Shown: positions 19,610-29,912 of the stretch, in pieces
How the letters are laid out: every line of letters starts with the position of its first letter
Numbering within the stretch: position 1 is the stretch's first letter
DNA from: an uncultured Desulfobacter sp.
GTDB taxonomy: Bacteria; Desulfobacterota; Desulfobacteria; Desulfobacterales; Desulfobacteraceae
Reading direction: 5' to 3'
Assembly: GCA_963665095.1 (NCBI GenBank)
Contig: OY762069.1
Coordinates: forward strand, 5,696,001-5,760,000
Length of the DNA: 64,000 nt
Translations under genes and position numbers: made by a program
The notes under the pieces: generated by a model
Seen by the model: the letters and a program-made list of their open reading frames with translations, nothing else
Database searches by the model: none
What the model was told of the DNA's origin: nothing

Positions 19610-20572
19610 TCAGGACATGTTGTCCCAGAATGACCGGCTCTGATCTTCCATTGATCCTGCATTGGCCTGTCTGCCGGAGGATCTGTTATCGTTTTTCGTC
19701 CAGGCGGCGCCTGTGGACACGCCTGCACTCCGAATGCCGGTAAGCCGGGCCACCCGGTCCTCAATGGATGGATGGGTGGAAAAAAGGTTCATCATCTGCT
19801 TTCCGGTCAAAGGATTGACAATAAACATATGGGCTGTGGAGGGACTGGCATCCACCTGGGCACCCCTGCGGCTGAAACCGCCCAGCTTTGACAGGGCGGA
19901 CGCAAGGCCGTTGGGATTGCCGGTGATGCTTGCTGCCGTGGCATCGGCCAGGTACTCCCGGGACCTGGAAACCGCCATCTGGACAATCATGGCGGCGATG
20001 GGCGCAATCATGGAAACCACCAGCACGCCAATGAACCCAAGGCCGCCCTCGTCATCATCCCGCCCACCGAAAAAGGCAGAAAACCTGGCAATGGACGCGA
20101 TCCACATAATAGCGCCGGCCAGGGTGGCCACAATGGTGGAAATCAGGATATCCCTGTTCTTCACATGCCCCAGTTCATGGGCAAGGACCCCTTCAAGCTC
20201 TTCCTGGTTCATCATGTTCAAAAGGCCCTGGGTAACTGCCACCACGGCATGTTCCGGGTTTCTTCCCGTGGCAAACGCATTGGGCGCGCCATCAGGAATC
20301 AGATAGACCTTTGGCATGGGAAGGCCTGCCTGCCGGGCCAGACGCGCCACAGTATCATACACCCCCGGGGCATGGGACCGCTCCAGAGGCTGAGCCCGAT
20401 ACATTTTCAACACCATTTTATCCGAATACCAGTAACTGGTTATATTCATCACACCGGCAAAGATCAGGGCGATGAACATGCCGGTCTGACCGCCCAGCAG
20501 ATATCCTATAAACAAAAACAGCCCGGTCATGATTATCAGCAACATGCCGGTTTTAAACTGATTTGCCATCAT
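19610..20572 (-). CDS. htpX: Zinc metalloprotease HtpX (M48)
   Basis: PNAFATGR, HELGH, SRSREYLAD, STHP. Confidence 0.93.
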   Translation of the reverse strand: MMANQFKTGMLLIIMTGLFLFIGYLLGGQTGMFIALIFAGVMNITSYWYSDKMVLKMYRAQPLERSHAPGVYDTVARLARQAGLPMPKVYLIPDGAPNAFATGRNPEHAVVAVTQGLLNMMNQEELEGVLAHELGHVKNRDILISTIVATLAGAIMWIASIARFSAFFGGRDDDEGGLGFIGVLVVSMIAPIAAMIVQMAVSRSREYLADATAASITGNPNGLASALSKLGGFSRRGAQVDASPSTAHMFIVNPLTGKQMMNLFSTHPSIEDRVARLTGIRSAGVSTGAAWTKNDNRSSGRQANAGSMEDQSRSFWDNMS

Positions 20573-20807
20573 ATTTCTCCAACCTTGTTCTTTGTTATAT
20601 ATAAATCATTTAATCCAAAGATGACCCCCATGAATATAAAACCGGCAATAAAAAAATCAACCAAGTGCAAGACAAATACGTGCCGGGAATCGTCAGGCCG
20701 GGCCTTAGGCTGTTACATAAACAGCCGGTTCCAACACCAGTGACCAGATTAATGTGAAAAAATATTCCTGTTTAAACAGGTAAAGTATAATCTTTCCAGA
20801 CAATAAA

Positions 20808-20860
20808 AAGCCATGGGTAATAATTCCAGCAGTACGGAATTTTAGTCATACCCATGGCTT
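20808..20860 (-). terminator. Hairpin/terminator downstream of the 20955 gene
   Basis: AAGCCATGGGTA...TACCCATGGCTT with U-tract on the minus strand. Confidence 0.55.
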
Positions 20861-20954
20861 CGATTCAAAAACTGATGTTTTCAGATTACTTTTTTAACCT
20901 TCTGCAAACAGTCCTTGAGTTCAGCAGAATTGAAATCCGGTTTCCGATTAAGCT

Positions 20955-22496
20955 TTATTGAACAACCACGACGTTACCCACGATGGGCAGTGCATCCGGT
21001 TCATTCTCCGGGTCTGTAACCGCTCTTACAACTACGATATAGTTACCGTTAAAAGGAAACGTAATATCGCAGGTATTCGCAGTGGAATACTCCTGTACCC
21101 TGTTCCACGTATCATCGGCACCCGAAATCCCATAATTTGCCTGATAATAGAACTCATAATAAATCGGATCGGAGGTGCTGTTGGATGCGGTTGCCGTAAA
21201 GGTCACTGTGTCACCGGCACTGATGGTGCCCGTTGCATTGGATGTGAGACTGCTAATGTTTACATGGGATCCGCTTCCTACAGTGACGACGCCTCCGATG
21301 ATCGGCAGGGCCTGGGGTTCATCGTCCGGAGAGGTTACGGTCCTGACAACCACAATATAGTTGCCTTCTGACGGGAATGTATAATTGCAGGTATTACTGG
21401 TGGAATAATCCTGCACCACGGTCCAGGGAGTACTGTCGTAACCGGAAGTGCCGTAGTTGGCGCAGTAATAATATTTATAGTAGACATCGGAACCGTCCAG
21501 GTTGCCCGCATTGACGGTGACCGTCATTGAATCCCCAGGGCTGATATTCCATGTTGCGTCAAAGCTAATGCCAATAATGTCCGGATTTGCGGACAGCACC
21601 CTGTAAGCAACAATGGTCTCATCAAGGTCCGGGACAAGGAGAAGATTTAAATAAGGGGAGTAAGAAATGTCAGCCAGCCATGTATATCCATCCCCTGCAA
21701 CAAGGGGCTCGGTAGTGTTATCCGGTTTCAATACACCAACAGTCATGCCGTTGGAATAAAAACAGTTTGAATAATTATCCCCGAAGATACCATCAACATA
21801 ATCTATGCCTGATACGCGGGTTGTAACTTCCAGGGTTGTGATATCCACAGAGGCGATACCGCCGTCGGTTCCCACGATAAGTTTTCCATCTTCCACATAT
21901 AATCCATTTGGATTTGGCACATCCGCACGGGCACTCAGCCACTCCCTCATGGCTGAAGCTCCGTCTTCCAATATATATATATTGCTGAAATTGGCATCAC
22001 TGGCATAAATATTTCCCGATGCGTCCACGGCAAGGCCATTCAGATTGGATCCTTCTACGCCGGTCTCGAAAATATCGGTAATCTCGCCGGTGGAAAGATT
22101 AACCGCCGTTAGCTGATCCCCGTCACCCACATATAATGTTCCACCTGTTACCGTGTTCTTTACAACCATGCCCAAAGGATCATTAAAAATTCCGCCTCCG
22201 GAGGATGTCCCTGCCCACTCTGCAGTATCGACAGTGCCGTCCGTATTAATTCTTGAAATATAGCCGTCCCCTTCTTCACTCCCGTTTAAGTTGGAGGCAT
22301 AAATATAATTGGTCACAGGATCATAGACAACAGATTCAGTATGTTGAAAACCAGTAGTTGTCCAAGCCTCGGTTACATTGTACAAGCTATTGGCAGAAAC
22401 GCCCTGACAAATAACAAACCCGCCTAAAAGGGCCAGAATCCATTGCATCAGGCCGGAATAAAAGATAAAGCCGTACCGGGGATTTTGTTTCTTCAT
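20955..22496 (-). CDS. Secreted SMP-30/gluconolactonase-like beta-propeller with two C-terminal Tyr-rich (Y_Y_Y-like) repeats
   Basis: Signal-like N-terminus; HTES, DGYISR, PLGM, LNGL, PNGL, DGI; two ~100-aa repeats (YY.ANYG..W..VQ.YST..FP..GNYIVVVR). Confidence 0.7.
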   Translation of the reverse strand: MKKQNPRYGFIFYSGLMQWILALLGGFVICQGVSANSLYNVTEAWTTTGFQHTESVVYDPVTNYIYASNLNGSEEGDGYISRINTDGTVDTAEWAGTSSGGGIFNDPLGMVVKNTVTGGTLYVGDGDQLTAVNLSTGEITDIFETGVEGSNLNGLAVDASGNIYASDANFSNIYILEDGASAMREWLSARADVPNPNGLYVEDGKLIVGTDGGIASVDITTLEVTTRVSGIDYVDGIFGDNYSNCFYSNGMTVGVLKPDNTTEPLVAGDGYTWLADISYSPYLNLLLVPDLDETIVAYRVLSANPDIIGISFDATWNISPGDSMTVTVNAGNLDGSDVYYKYYYCANYGTSGYDSTPWTVVQDYSTSNTCNYTFPSEGNYIVVVRTVTSPDDEPQALPIIGGVVTVGSGSHVNISSLTSNATGTISAGDTVTFTATASNSTSDPIYYEFYYQANYGISGADDTWNRVQEYSTANTCDITFPFNGNYIVVVRAVTDPENEPDALPIVGNVVVVQ

Positions 22497-22979
22497 GTTT
22501 CGTCTCCTTAAAGCAATTTCACTCAAAAATTTCTATTTAGTTAACTATTATTGACCGTCCCAATTCAAAAATTTTCATCAACTTTTTCCGCCATTTTTCA
22601 AGTTTCCGACAGGGCGGTTCATCCTTTTGCAACATCTTGGAAATGCAAGGTGCATCGTAAAAATCAAACCCATTTAAAAGAGCAAGGTCCAGCTGAAAGG
22701 ACAATTCTTACAAATTTTGGGATTAAATATACTACAGTCCGCTATTTCCTCTGAATTCTCATGGTTGTGTTTGACTGATTGAAGTTTAAAAAAAACAATA
22801 TAAAAGGGCTTTCCATTTGTCAAACTGATTGAACTTTATTCAATTGTTTTCTTTTTGGATTTACGAACGGGGCGATGTGCTTATATTAGATAAAAAAGGC
22901 CTAATAGCCAGGGTCCGCAAACTTGTAACAAAACATAGCAGATTGACCATATAACCCGACAAACAGAGGAGGCGTCCCA

Positions 22980-23957
22980 ATGAAAACCAGAATCACCAAA
23001 CTATTCGACATTCAACATCCGATTATCCAGGGAGGCATGCATTATGTGGGACTGGCCGAACTTGCCTCAGCTGTTTCCAATGCAGGCGGTTTAGGCGTCA
23101 TTACAGCGCTTACCCAGAAAACCCCTGAGGCGCTTTCCAAAGAAATTGATAGATGTAAAGAGATGACGGATAAGCCGTTCGCAGTCAACTTAACCTTCCT
23201 GCCCACGGTAAACGCTCCGGATTACCCCGGATACATAAAAGTCATCATTGACAATAAGGTGCCGGTGGTGGAGACCGCCGGACGGAACCCGGCACAATAC
23301 CTGCCCATGCTCAAGGATGCCGGCATAAAAGTAATCCATAAATGTACCTCGGTGCGCCATGCATTAAAGGCCCAGAAAATCGGCTGTGATGCCGTATCCG
23401 TGGATGGATTTGAATGCGGCGGGCACCCCGGCGAAGATGACATTCCCAATATGGTGCTTCTGCCAAGAGCTGCTGAAGAGCTCTCCATTCCCTTTGCGGC
23501 ATCCGGTGGTATGGCTGATGCCAGAAGCCTTGTGGCCTCCCTGTCGTTGGGTGCCGACGGCATCAATATGGGCACCCGCTTCATTGCCACAAAAGAGGCC
23601 CCGGTCCACGACAATGTCAAGCAGGCTATCCTTGCGGCCAAGGAGATTGACACCCGCCTGGTCATGCGTCCACTGGGCAATACCGAACGGGTGCTGAACA
23701 ATCTGGCCACGGAAAAACTTTTGGAAAAAGAGGCGCGTCTGGGAAAGGATATTAAATTTGAAGATATCATTGAAGAGGTGGTGGGGGTCTATCCCAAAGT
23801 GATGACCGAAGGCCTGGTGGATACCGGTATCTGGTCCTGCGGTATGGTGGCAGGGCTCATCCACGACATTCCCACATGCCGCCAGCTTATTGATCGGATC
23901 ATGGCAGAGGCGGAAAAAATTATCCGGGACAGGCTGACCATTATGCTGGACCGATAA
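22980..23957 (+). CDS. Nitronate monooxygenase / FabK-like flavin oxidoreductase
   Basis: HPIIQGGM, SNAGGLG, GFECGGH, ASGG, MGTRF. Confidence 0.9.
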   Translation: MKTRITKLFDIQHPIIQGGMHYVGLAELASAVSNAGGLGVITALTQKTPEALSKEIDRCKEMTDKPFAVNLTFLPTVNAPDYPGYIKVIIDNKVPVVETAGRNPAQYLPMLKDAGIKVIHKCTSVRHALKAQKIGCDAVSVDGFECGGHPGEDDIPNMVLLPRAAEELSIPFAASGGMADARSLVASLSLGADGINMGTRFIATKEAPVHDNVKQAILAAKEIDTRLVMRPLGNTERVLNNLATEKLLEKEARLGKDIKFEDIIEEVVGVYPKVMTEGLVDTGIWSCGMVAGLIHDIPTCRQLIDRIMAEAEKIIRDRLTIMLDR

Positions 23958-24011
23958 AGCTGGAGGGGCTGGTTTTATAGGAGGTATCCGGACCCCAATT
24001 CCACACTACGG

Positions 24012-25007
24012 TTAAGGTACCCGGATTTTAAGATTGGCCGCCGGCTGACCGTTTTCAGTTATATCAATGATTTTTTTGGTGCCGATTTTTTCCATGATCT
24101 CTTTCATGGATTCGGTGTAGAGCAACTCCCATGCGGCCCCACCCTTTTCCCCGGCCTGGGCCAGAAGATTATTAAACCGCTGGGTTTTACCCTCTGCCGT
24201 TAAAATAACCTCCTGTTTATATCCCCTGGCCTGTTCCAGGGTCTCCATGGCGTCGGCTTTGGCTTTGGGCATGACTTCATTCCGATAGGACTCTGCCTCA
24301 TTGATATTTTTTTCCCGGTCAATGGAGGCTTTGACCACCTCGGAAAAATACTGGGCCACCCTGCCCGGCGGACTGATGTTGTTTATTTCCACAAAAGAGA
24401 CGCTGATGCCGGTTTCCAGCTGATCCAGCTTTGCCTGCAAGGCCTGCCGGATAAAACGTGCCACGGTCTGCTTGCCCCGGGTTAAAATCTCGTCAATGGG
24501 CATTCTTGCCATGCAGTGCAGAATGGTTTTGCAGGCAACATCCGTGAGCATGGTATCCGGATCTTTCACACAGAACAGATATTCATGGGGATTGAGCACT
24601 CGATACTGGATCACGCAGCTGACCATGGCCAGATTATTGTCCCCGGTAATGCAGTAGGAATCAAGACCCGTAGCCGCCTTAAAGCTGTCAGGGGACAGGT
24701 TCAGCCCCGTTGATTTTGTCACTTCCCAGAACGCCTCAATGGCCATGCGTTTAACCTGCCGGACAGCCACCTTTTCCACCTGGTCAACCGGCCAGGGCAG
24801 CCTGTAATGGATCCCGGGCTGAACAGTCTCATTGATAATGCGTCCGCAGCGCAGGTGTACACCGATCTCATTCTGGGAGACCGAATAGATCCCGGACAAA
24901 AGGTAGAGCAGAACAAGCCCTGCAAGAACCACCCTGGAAAAGATCCAGGCATGGCCAAGGGCCAGGTGAAAGGTACTGAGGAAAAAACCGGATTTTGCTT
25001 CATTCAT
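24012..25007 (-). CDS. HflK-like SPFH protein
   Basis: TM then PGIHYRLPWPVD, TGDNN, I.PP..V..F..V..A, INEAESY. Confidence 0.85.
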   Translation of the reverse strand: MNEAKSGFFLSTFHLALGHAWIFSRVVLAGLVLLYLLSGIYSVSQNEIGVHLRCGRIINETVQPGIHYRLPWPVDQVEKVAVRQVKRMAIEAFWEVTKSTGLNLSPDSFKAATGLDSYCITGDNNLAMVSCVIQYRVLNPHEYLFCVKDPDTMLTDVACKTILHCMARMPIDEILTRGKQTVARFIRQALQAKLDQLETGISVSFVEINNISPPGRVAQYFSEVVKASIDREKNINEAESYRNEVMPKAKADAMETLEQARGYKQEVILTAEGKTQRFNNLLAQAGEKGGAAWELLYTESMKEIMEKIGTKKIIDITENGQPAANLKIRVP

Positions 25008-25917
25008 GGCCAGGTTTATCCTGTAAATGTTTCAGCCGTCTGAAAAGATCGGAATCCGTGGACATGATTACCGTGCTCCTGTCATCCAGAATATCCTTGT
25101 ACAATTCCATGGATTTTAAGAACTCAAAAAATTCCTTATCCTTGGCATAGGCTCGGGCATAAATTTCAAGGGCCTTTTGATCCCCTTCCCCTTTCAAAAT
25201 TTCGGCCTGTTTAAAGGCTTCGGCCAGAATTTCTTTGGCCTGGCGGTTGGCTTTGGCCCGAATTTTTGTGGCCTCTTCCTTGCCTTCGGCCCTGAATTTT
25301 CGGGCCTCTTTTTCCCGTTCCGAGCGCATGCGGTTGTATACGGCGTCGGCCACCACAGCAGGGTACGCCAGTCTGCGCACGCCGATCGCAACCACCTCAA
25401 CCCCGTATCTTTCAGTGGCACTGGCATTGGTATTGCCCAGTATCCGCTGTTCCAACTGCTCAAGCTTTACCTTTGACGGGTCAGTATTGATGATATTGTC
25501 CAGCTTAAACGCACCTAAAACATTGCCCATCTGCGAATTCACCATGTCCGACAGTTTCTGAGTGGCAATCTGGCTGCTTAACAGCGACTGAAAAAACAGC
25601 AACGGATCTTTAACCCGCCAGCAGATATAACAAGTAATGATGATAGGATTTTTATCCCCAAGCAGCAGTTGAATGGGCTTGGTGTTAAAAATATGCGTCC
25701 GCCGTTCAATACGGTTCACGGTTTCAAGAAACCCGGGCCGTTTCAGGTGAAGTCCTGTGGCACTCATGGTTGCCACGGGTTTGCCGAACCGTGTGAGCAC
25801 CACATACTCCCGCTGGGATACCGTATATGTACAAAGCCAGGTCATCAGCAACGCAACAACAACCATGCCGAAAACCATATATTTGATTCTACCTTTTTTC
25901 ATGTTGGGTATGTCCAT
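25000..25917 (-). CDS. HflC-like SPFH protein
   Basis: TRFGKP, YGVEV, RMRSERE.EA..RAEG, GEGD, AY.KD.EFF.F.KS. Confidence 0.88.
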   Translation of the reverse strand: MDIPNMKKGRIKYMVFGMVVVALLMTWLCTYTVSQREYVVLTRFGKPVATMSATGLHLKRPGFLETVNRIERRTHIFNTKPIQLLLGDKNPIIITCYICWRVKDPLLFFQSLLSSQIATQKLSDMVNSQMGNVLGAFKLDNIINTDPSKVKLEQLEQRILGNTNASATERYGVEVVAIGVRRLAYPAVVADAVYNRMRSEREKEARKFRAEGKEEATKIRAKANRQAKEILAEAFKQAEILKGEGDQKALEIYARAYAKDKEFFEFLKSMELYKDILDDRSTVIMSTDSDLFRRLKHLQDKPGHE

Positions 25918-25938
25918 TCATTGATAGTCATTAACCAA

Positions 25939-27678
25939 TTACCGGATAAACTCTTCACCAAAATCCATCCAGACATCCGGGGTGCCCGCATCAGGATCTA
26001 CAATGATCTTGGTTTTATTTTTAAGCGCATCCATCATGGTTTCATGATAGATCCGTGACATGGATATCTGCTTTTCGGCCCGGGTGGACGGCAGGCGCAG
26101 TTCAAACCGTGTGGCCTTGCCCAGGGCCTGACTCAAGCGCATGACACTGTCTGCGGCGGCTGTCTGAACCTGGTTTTCCGCCCGGCCCCGGGAATCAGGC
26201 AATACATTGTTGGCATAGCTGATGGCCTGATTGATCAATTCCTGTTTTTTCTGAAATCCTGCCACCACATTTTCAAAGGATTTGGCAATGGAGATGGGCG
26301 GATGGATGTCTTTAAAATTGACGCTGATCAGCTCTATCCCGCTTTTGTTCTGATCCAGTACCGCCTGAATGGTCTGTTTCATTTTCTCCTGCAGTGTTCC
26401 GCGCTCGGTGGTGGCAATATCGTAAAATGTCTTTTTTGCAAAAAGGGAGACAGCCGCCCTGTGTCCGGTTTCATTTAGAAACATCCGGGCATCCGAATAA
26501 TTGTATAAATACAGGTATGGGTTGCTCACCCGGTAATGAAGAATAATGTACGGGTAAAAAAAATTATTGTCCCCGGTTAAAAACGCCTCCTCACTGCCGT
26601 GCTTAAGGGTCCAGATAAAGGCATTTGCTTCGTCACTGCTGACATTGCCGATGCTCAGCTTCTCAATGGTGAATGTAGAGACCTTAAACACCTTGTCCAC
26701 CGGCCAGGGCAGTTTCAAATGAAAACCCGGCAACACGACAGCCCCCTGATTCAATGGCTGACCAAACCGTTCAACAATGGCGGATTCATTGACCGCCACC
26801 GTATAACAGGCGGTTGATCCGTAAAGGCCGACCAGCACAACAAGCGGGGCGGTAAGGATGGCCCTGTAAAGCAGGGTCCCCTTCCGGCTGCCACCAAAAA
26901 TGCGGACCAGGAGCTGATGAAGCTGTCCGGACAGCTGTCGAAGAGTCTGCCTGCTGAACACAGACAGCAGCGCGGTTAGAAACCGGTATGAGTGAAGGGA
27001 AGAACCGTTTCTATCCCGGTACACCCGGTAGGCATTGACAAAGGTATCAAGGGCCAGACAAAGTATGATAAACCCGATGATCCCGGCCATCCATTTATCA
27101 AGGTTCACGCCCATGGCATAAAGAATCAGGCTGAATCCTGTCAAAAGACTTGCAAACATATCTGCCTTGGCATGCATACCGTCGGAGACCAGTCCAAGTG
27201 AGGCCTGGGCTCTACCGATATGTGTCTCAAAGGTGGAGACCAGAAATGAGGCAATGGAAAAAATGATAAAAATGATACCGGAGAGCAACGGATTTCGAAT
27301 AATGATCTCCCGGGAGACCAGAACCTCTTTAAATACCAGGCAGGAAATCCCGAGAAGCAGAAGGCCGATACATACCGAGGCGGCAATTTCCATACGGCTT
27401 ACGGGCGTGGCACAGGCCTGCTCACAATCAGTTTCAGCGGTTGCCCCCCTGGACCTGCCGGAAACCAGAATGGCAATACAAACCAGTGCACTGGTGGCAA
27501 TATCGGTAAAGCTGTGCCAGGCCTCGGCCAGGACTGCCAGGCTGCCGGACAGCCAAAAGACAACAAATTTGAGCCCGGCAAGAACAACATTCAAGCCAAA
27601 GACAATGGCTGCTGCTTTGGATGTACTCGACCACCTTTCTGAAGATCCTTGCACTATTTCACCATTATTACCCGCCAT
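25939..27678 (-). CDS. Cation diffusion facilitator TM domain fused to an HflK/SPFH domain
   Basis: N-terminal SGSLAVLAEAWHSFTD and SDGMHAKAD; C-terminal ERFG, PGFHLKLPWPVD, LTGDNN, IHPP. Confidence 0.85.
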   Translation of the reverse strand: MAGNNGEIVQGSSERWSSTSKAAAIVFGLNVVLAGLKFVVFWLSGSLAVLAEAWHSFTDIATSALVCIAILVSGRSRGATAETDCEQACATPVSRMEIAASVCIGLLLLGISCLVFKEVLVSREIIIRNPLLSGIIFIIFSIASFLVSTFETHIGRAQASLGLVSDGMHAKADMFASLLTGFSLILYAMGVNLDKWMAGIIGFIILCLALDTFVNAYRVYRDRNGSSLHSYRFLTALLSVFSRQTLRQLSGQLHQLLVRIFGGSRKGTLLYRAILTAPLVVLVGLYGSTACYTVAVNESAIVERFGQPLNQGAVVLPGFHLKLPWPVDKVFKVSTFTIEKLSIGNVSSDEANAFIWTLKHGSEEAFLTGDNNFFYPYIILHYRVSNPYLYLYNYSDARMFLNETGHRAAVSLFAKKTFYDIATTERGTLQEKMKQTIQAVLDQNKSGIELISVNFKDIHPPISIAKSFENVVAGFQKKQELINQAISYANNVLPDSRGRAENQVQTAAADSVMRLSQALGKATRFELRLPSTRAEKQISMSRIYHETMMDALKNKTKIIVDPDAGTPDVWMDFGEEFIR

Positions 27679-27970
27679 GTTTTAAAGTTCCTGATAAACA
27701 CCGTTTCCGGTATTCAATTGAATTGTATTCCTGACAGAACAAACAACATCGTATATCATCTGTCAAAATTTTTATCATCCAAGCTAACAAAAGTGTTTCA
27801 GCCTGTATATAGGCGTAAATAATTTTTATCTTTTTCCTGCAAAGTACGGCCTTCCCAGCTAAAACATGCTTGACATCCTGTCTGTCTATGTACTAAAGGA
27901 CCCTTAAATCCTCCACCCAGAAGGGTGGAAAAAATTTAAAAAACAGCATTTTTTTCATAAATAACTGACC

Positions 27971-28023
27971 AACGGCCACGAAGGCTTTGCAATGTATTTG
28001 CAGATTCTTCGTGGCCGTTTTTT
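27971..28023 (+). terminator. Leader terminator-like hairpin just before the ABC operon
   Basis: 13-bp stem AACGGCCACGAAG/CTTCGTGGCCGTT plus T-tract, ~17 nt before ATG 28040. Confidence 0.6.
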
Positions 28024-28039
28024 ATTTGGATATCGTGTC

Positions 28040-29080
28040 ATGAAACCCGACCATACAAGAAAACTTAACGTGTCAGGGGCCGGTTCAGGGATTCTTTTTA
28101 TCATTCTGGTTGCCACCGGTCTGTTCTGTCTTCGGGCCGGCTCATGCCAGGTGCAGTCCACCATGTTATTAAAAACCATTTCATCCCACCTTTTTCACTG
28201 GCCGGCCCCTGACACTATTCCCGCACTGAACCACACCATCATCTGGGAGATCCGGCTTCCCCGGGTTCTTTTGGCAATAGCTTCGGGTATCTGCCTGTCT
28301 GTTTCCGGTGTGGTGTTCCAGGGCTGTTTCAGGAATCCCCTGGTGGAACCCTATGTGCTCGGCGCCTCTTCAGGCGCTGCATTTGGCGCAGCCCTGGGTA
28401 TTGTTTTTCCCTCCTTTTTCCTCTCTGTACAGATCATGGCCTTTTTGTTTGCGGCCCTGGCTGTGAGCATGGCCTATGCCATGGCCCGGACCGGCCCTGA
28501 CACCCCGGTGGTGACACTGGTGCTCTCCGGCATTATCACAGGCTCGGTGTTTTCCTCCCTGGTAGGTCTGCTCAAATATCTGGCCCAGGATACAGCCCTG
28601 CGGGAGATCGTATTCTGGCTCATGGGCGGATTTTACTATGCGGGATGGCAGGAGGTGGGCATTCTGTTTGCAGTGGCAGCCGTGGGATTAAGCGTCATCT
28701 GGACCTCCGGTTGGAAACTCAATGTCATGTCCATGGGAGAGGAAGAAGCCAGAAGCCTTGGTATCCATCCGGGCAGAACCCAGCTGCTGCTCATCGGCCT
28801 TTCCACCCTGATGACGGCCGCAGCCGTGGCATCCACCGGTATCATCGCCTGGGTGGGCCTGATGATCCCCCATGCGGCCCGGATCATTGTAGGCCCGGAT
28901 CATCGCCGGGTGGTACCGGCTGCTGCACTCATGGGGGCAATCTATCTTATTCTCTGCGACACCCTGGCAAGAACCCTGACCTCTGCCGAAATCCCCATCG
29001 GCATCATCACCTCCCTGGCAGGCGCCCCCTACCTGTTTTACCTGGTCAGAAGCCGGGGCGGCCAGATGTTTGGAAGATAA
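28040..29080 (+). CDS. FecCD/BtuC-type ABC permease
   Basis: IRLPR, FRNPLVEP..LG.SSGA, EARSLG, GII.WVGL..PH..R, D.LART. Confidence 0.93.
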   Translation: MKPDHTRKLNVSGAGSGILFIILVATGLFCLRAGSCQVQSTMLLKTISSHLFHWPAPDTIPALNHTIIWEIRLPRVLLAIASGICLSVSGVVFQGCFRNPLVEPYVLGASSGAAFGAALGIVFPSFFLSVQIMAFLFAALAVSMAYAMARTGPDTPVVTLVLSGIITGSVFSSLVGLLKYLAQDTALREIVFWLMGGFYYAGWQEVGILFAVAAVGLSVIWTSGWKLNVMSMGEEEARSLGIHPGRTQLLLIGLSTLMTAAAVASTGIIAWVGLMIPHAARIIVGPDHRRVVPAAALMGAIYLILCDTLARTLTSAEIPIGIITSLAGAPYLFYLVRSRGGQMFGR

Positions 29081-29912
29081 CATGCTCAAAGTTGACCAGC
29101 TGACATTCTCATACGGCAAAAGCCTTCATCCGGTGCTTAAAAACATCAGCTTCCATATTCGCCAAGGGGAGTTATGTGCTCTTTTCGGCCCCAACGGAAC
29201 CGGAAAAACCACGCTGTTCAAATGCTGTCTGAAACTGCTTGTTCCGGACAGCGGCACAGTTTTCATCAATGGGAACAATACCTGCCGCATGAGTCCAAAA
29301 GAGATGGCCCGGAGGGTGGCCTATGTGCCCCAGGCCCACCAGTGTGCGTTCCCGTTTACTGTGCACCAGATGGTACTCATGGGCCGGACACCCCATCTGA
29401 ACCGGTTCTTCACCCCTTCAAAAAAGGACCGGGACATTGCCAGGCAGGCCATGGAGACCCTGGGGGTTACCCCTCTTTCAGAGACCCCCTTTAACCAACT
29501 CTCCGGCGGACAGCAGCAGATGGTGCTCATTGCAAGGGCCATTGCCCAGGAGACCGGACTGATCTTCCTGGATGAACCGGCTGCGGCCCTGGACTTTAAA
29601 AACCAGGTCAGCCTCTGGCAGACGCTCCAGGATATTGCTGCCCGGGGCACGGCCATCCTGGCCTGCACCCATGATCCCAACCATGTCTCCTGGTTCTGCC
29701 ACACCACCATGGTGTTAAACGACGCAGGCCTTCTTGCCAAAGGCTGTCCCGGGCAGGTGATGGACCAGCAGATGATGGATCAGATTTATGAAAACACCTG
29801 CCGGGTCAAAGATGTAGACGGACTTAAAATCATGATTCCCAAGGGGGTGACCCAAAATAGAGGCAAGATTGTTGACTTCCCCAAAGGACCGGAAAGGAAA
29901 AAGCACAAATGA
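29070..29912 (+). CDS. ABC ATPase (iron/cobalamin family)
   Basis: GPNGTGKT, LSGGQ, LDEP, THD. Confidence 0.93.
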   Translation: MEDNMLKVDQLTFSYGKSLHPVLKNISFHIRQGELCALFGPNGTGKTTLFKCCLKLLVPDSGTVFINGNNTCRMSPKEMARRVAYVPQAHQCAFPFTVHQMVLMGRTPHLNRFFTPSKKDRDIARQAMETLGVTPLSETPFNQLSGGQQQMVLIARAIAQETGLIFLDEPAAALDFKNQVSLWQTLQDIAARGTAILACTHDPNHVSWFCHTTMVLNDAGLLAKGCPGQVMDQQMMDQIYENTCRVKDVDGLKIMIPKGVTQNRGKIVDFPKGPERKKHK

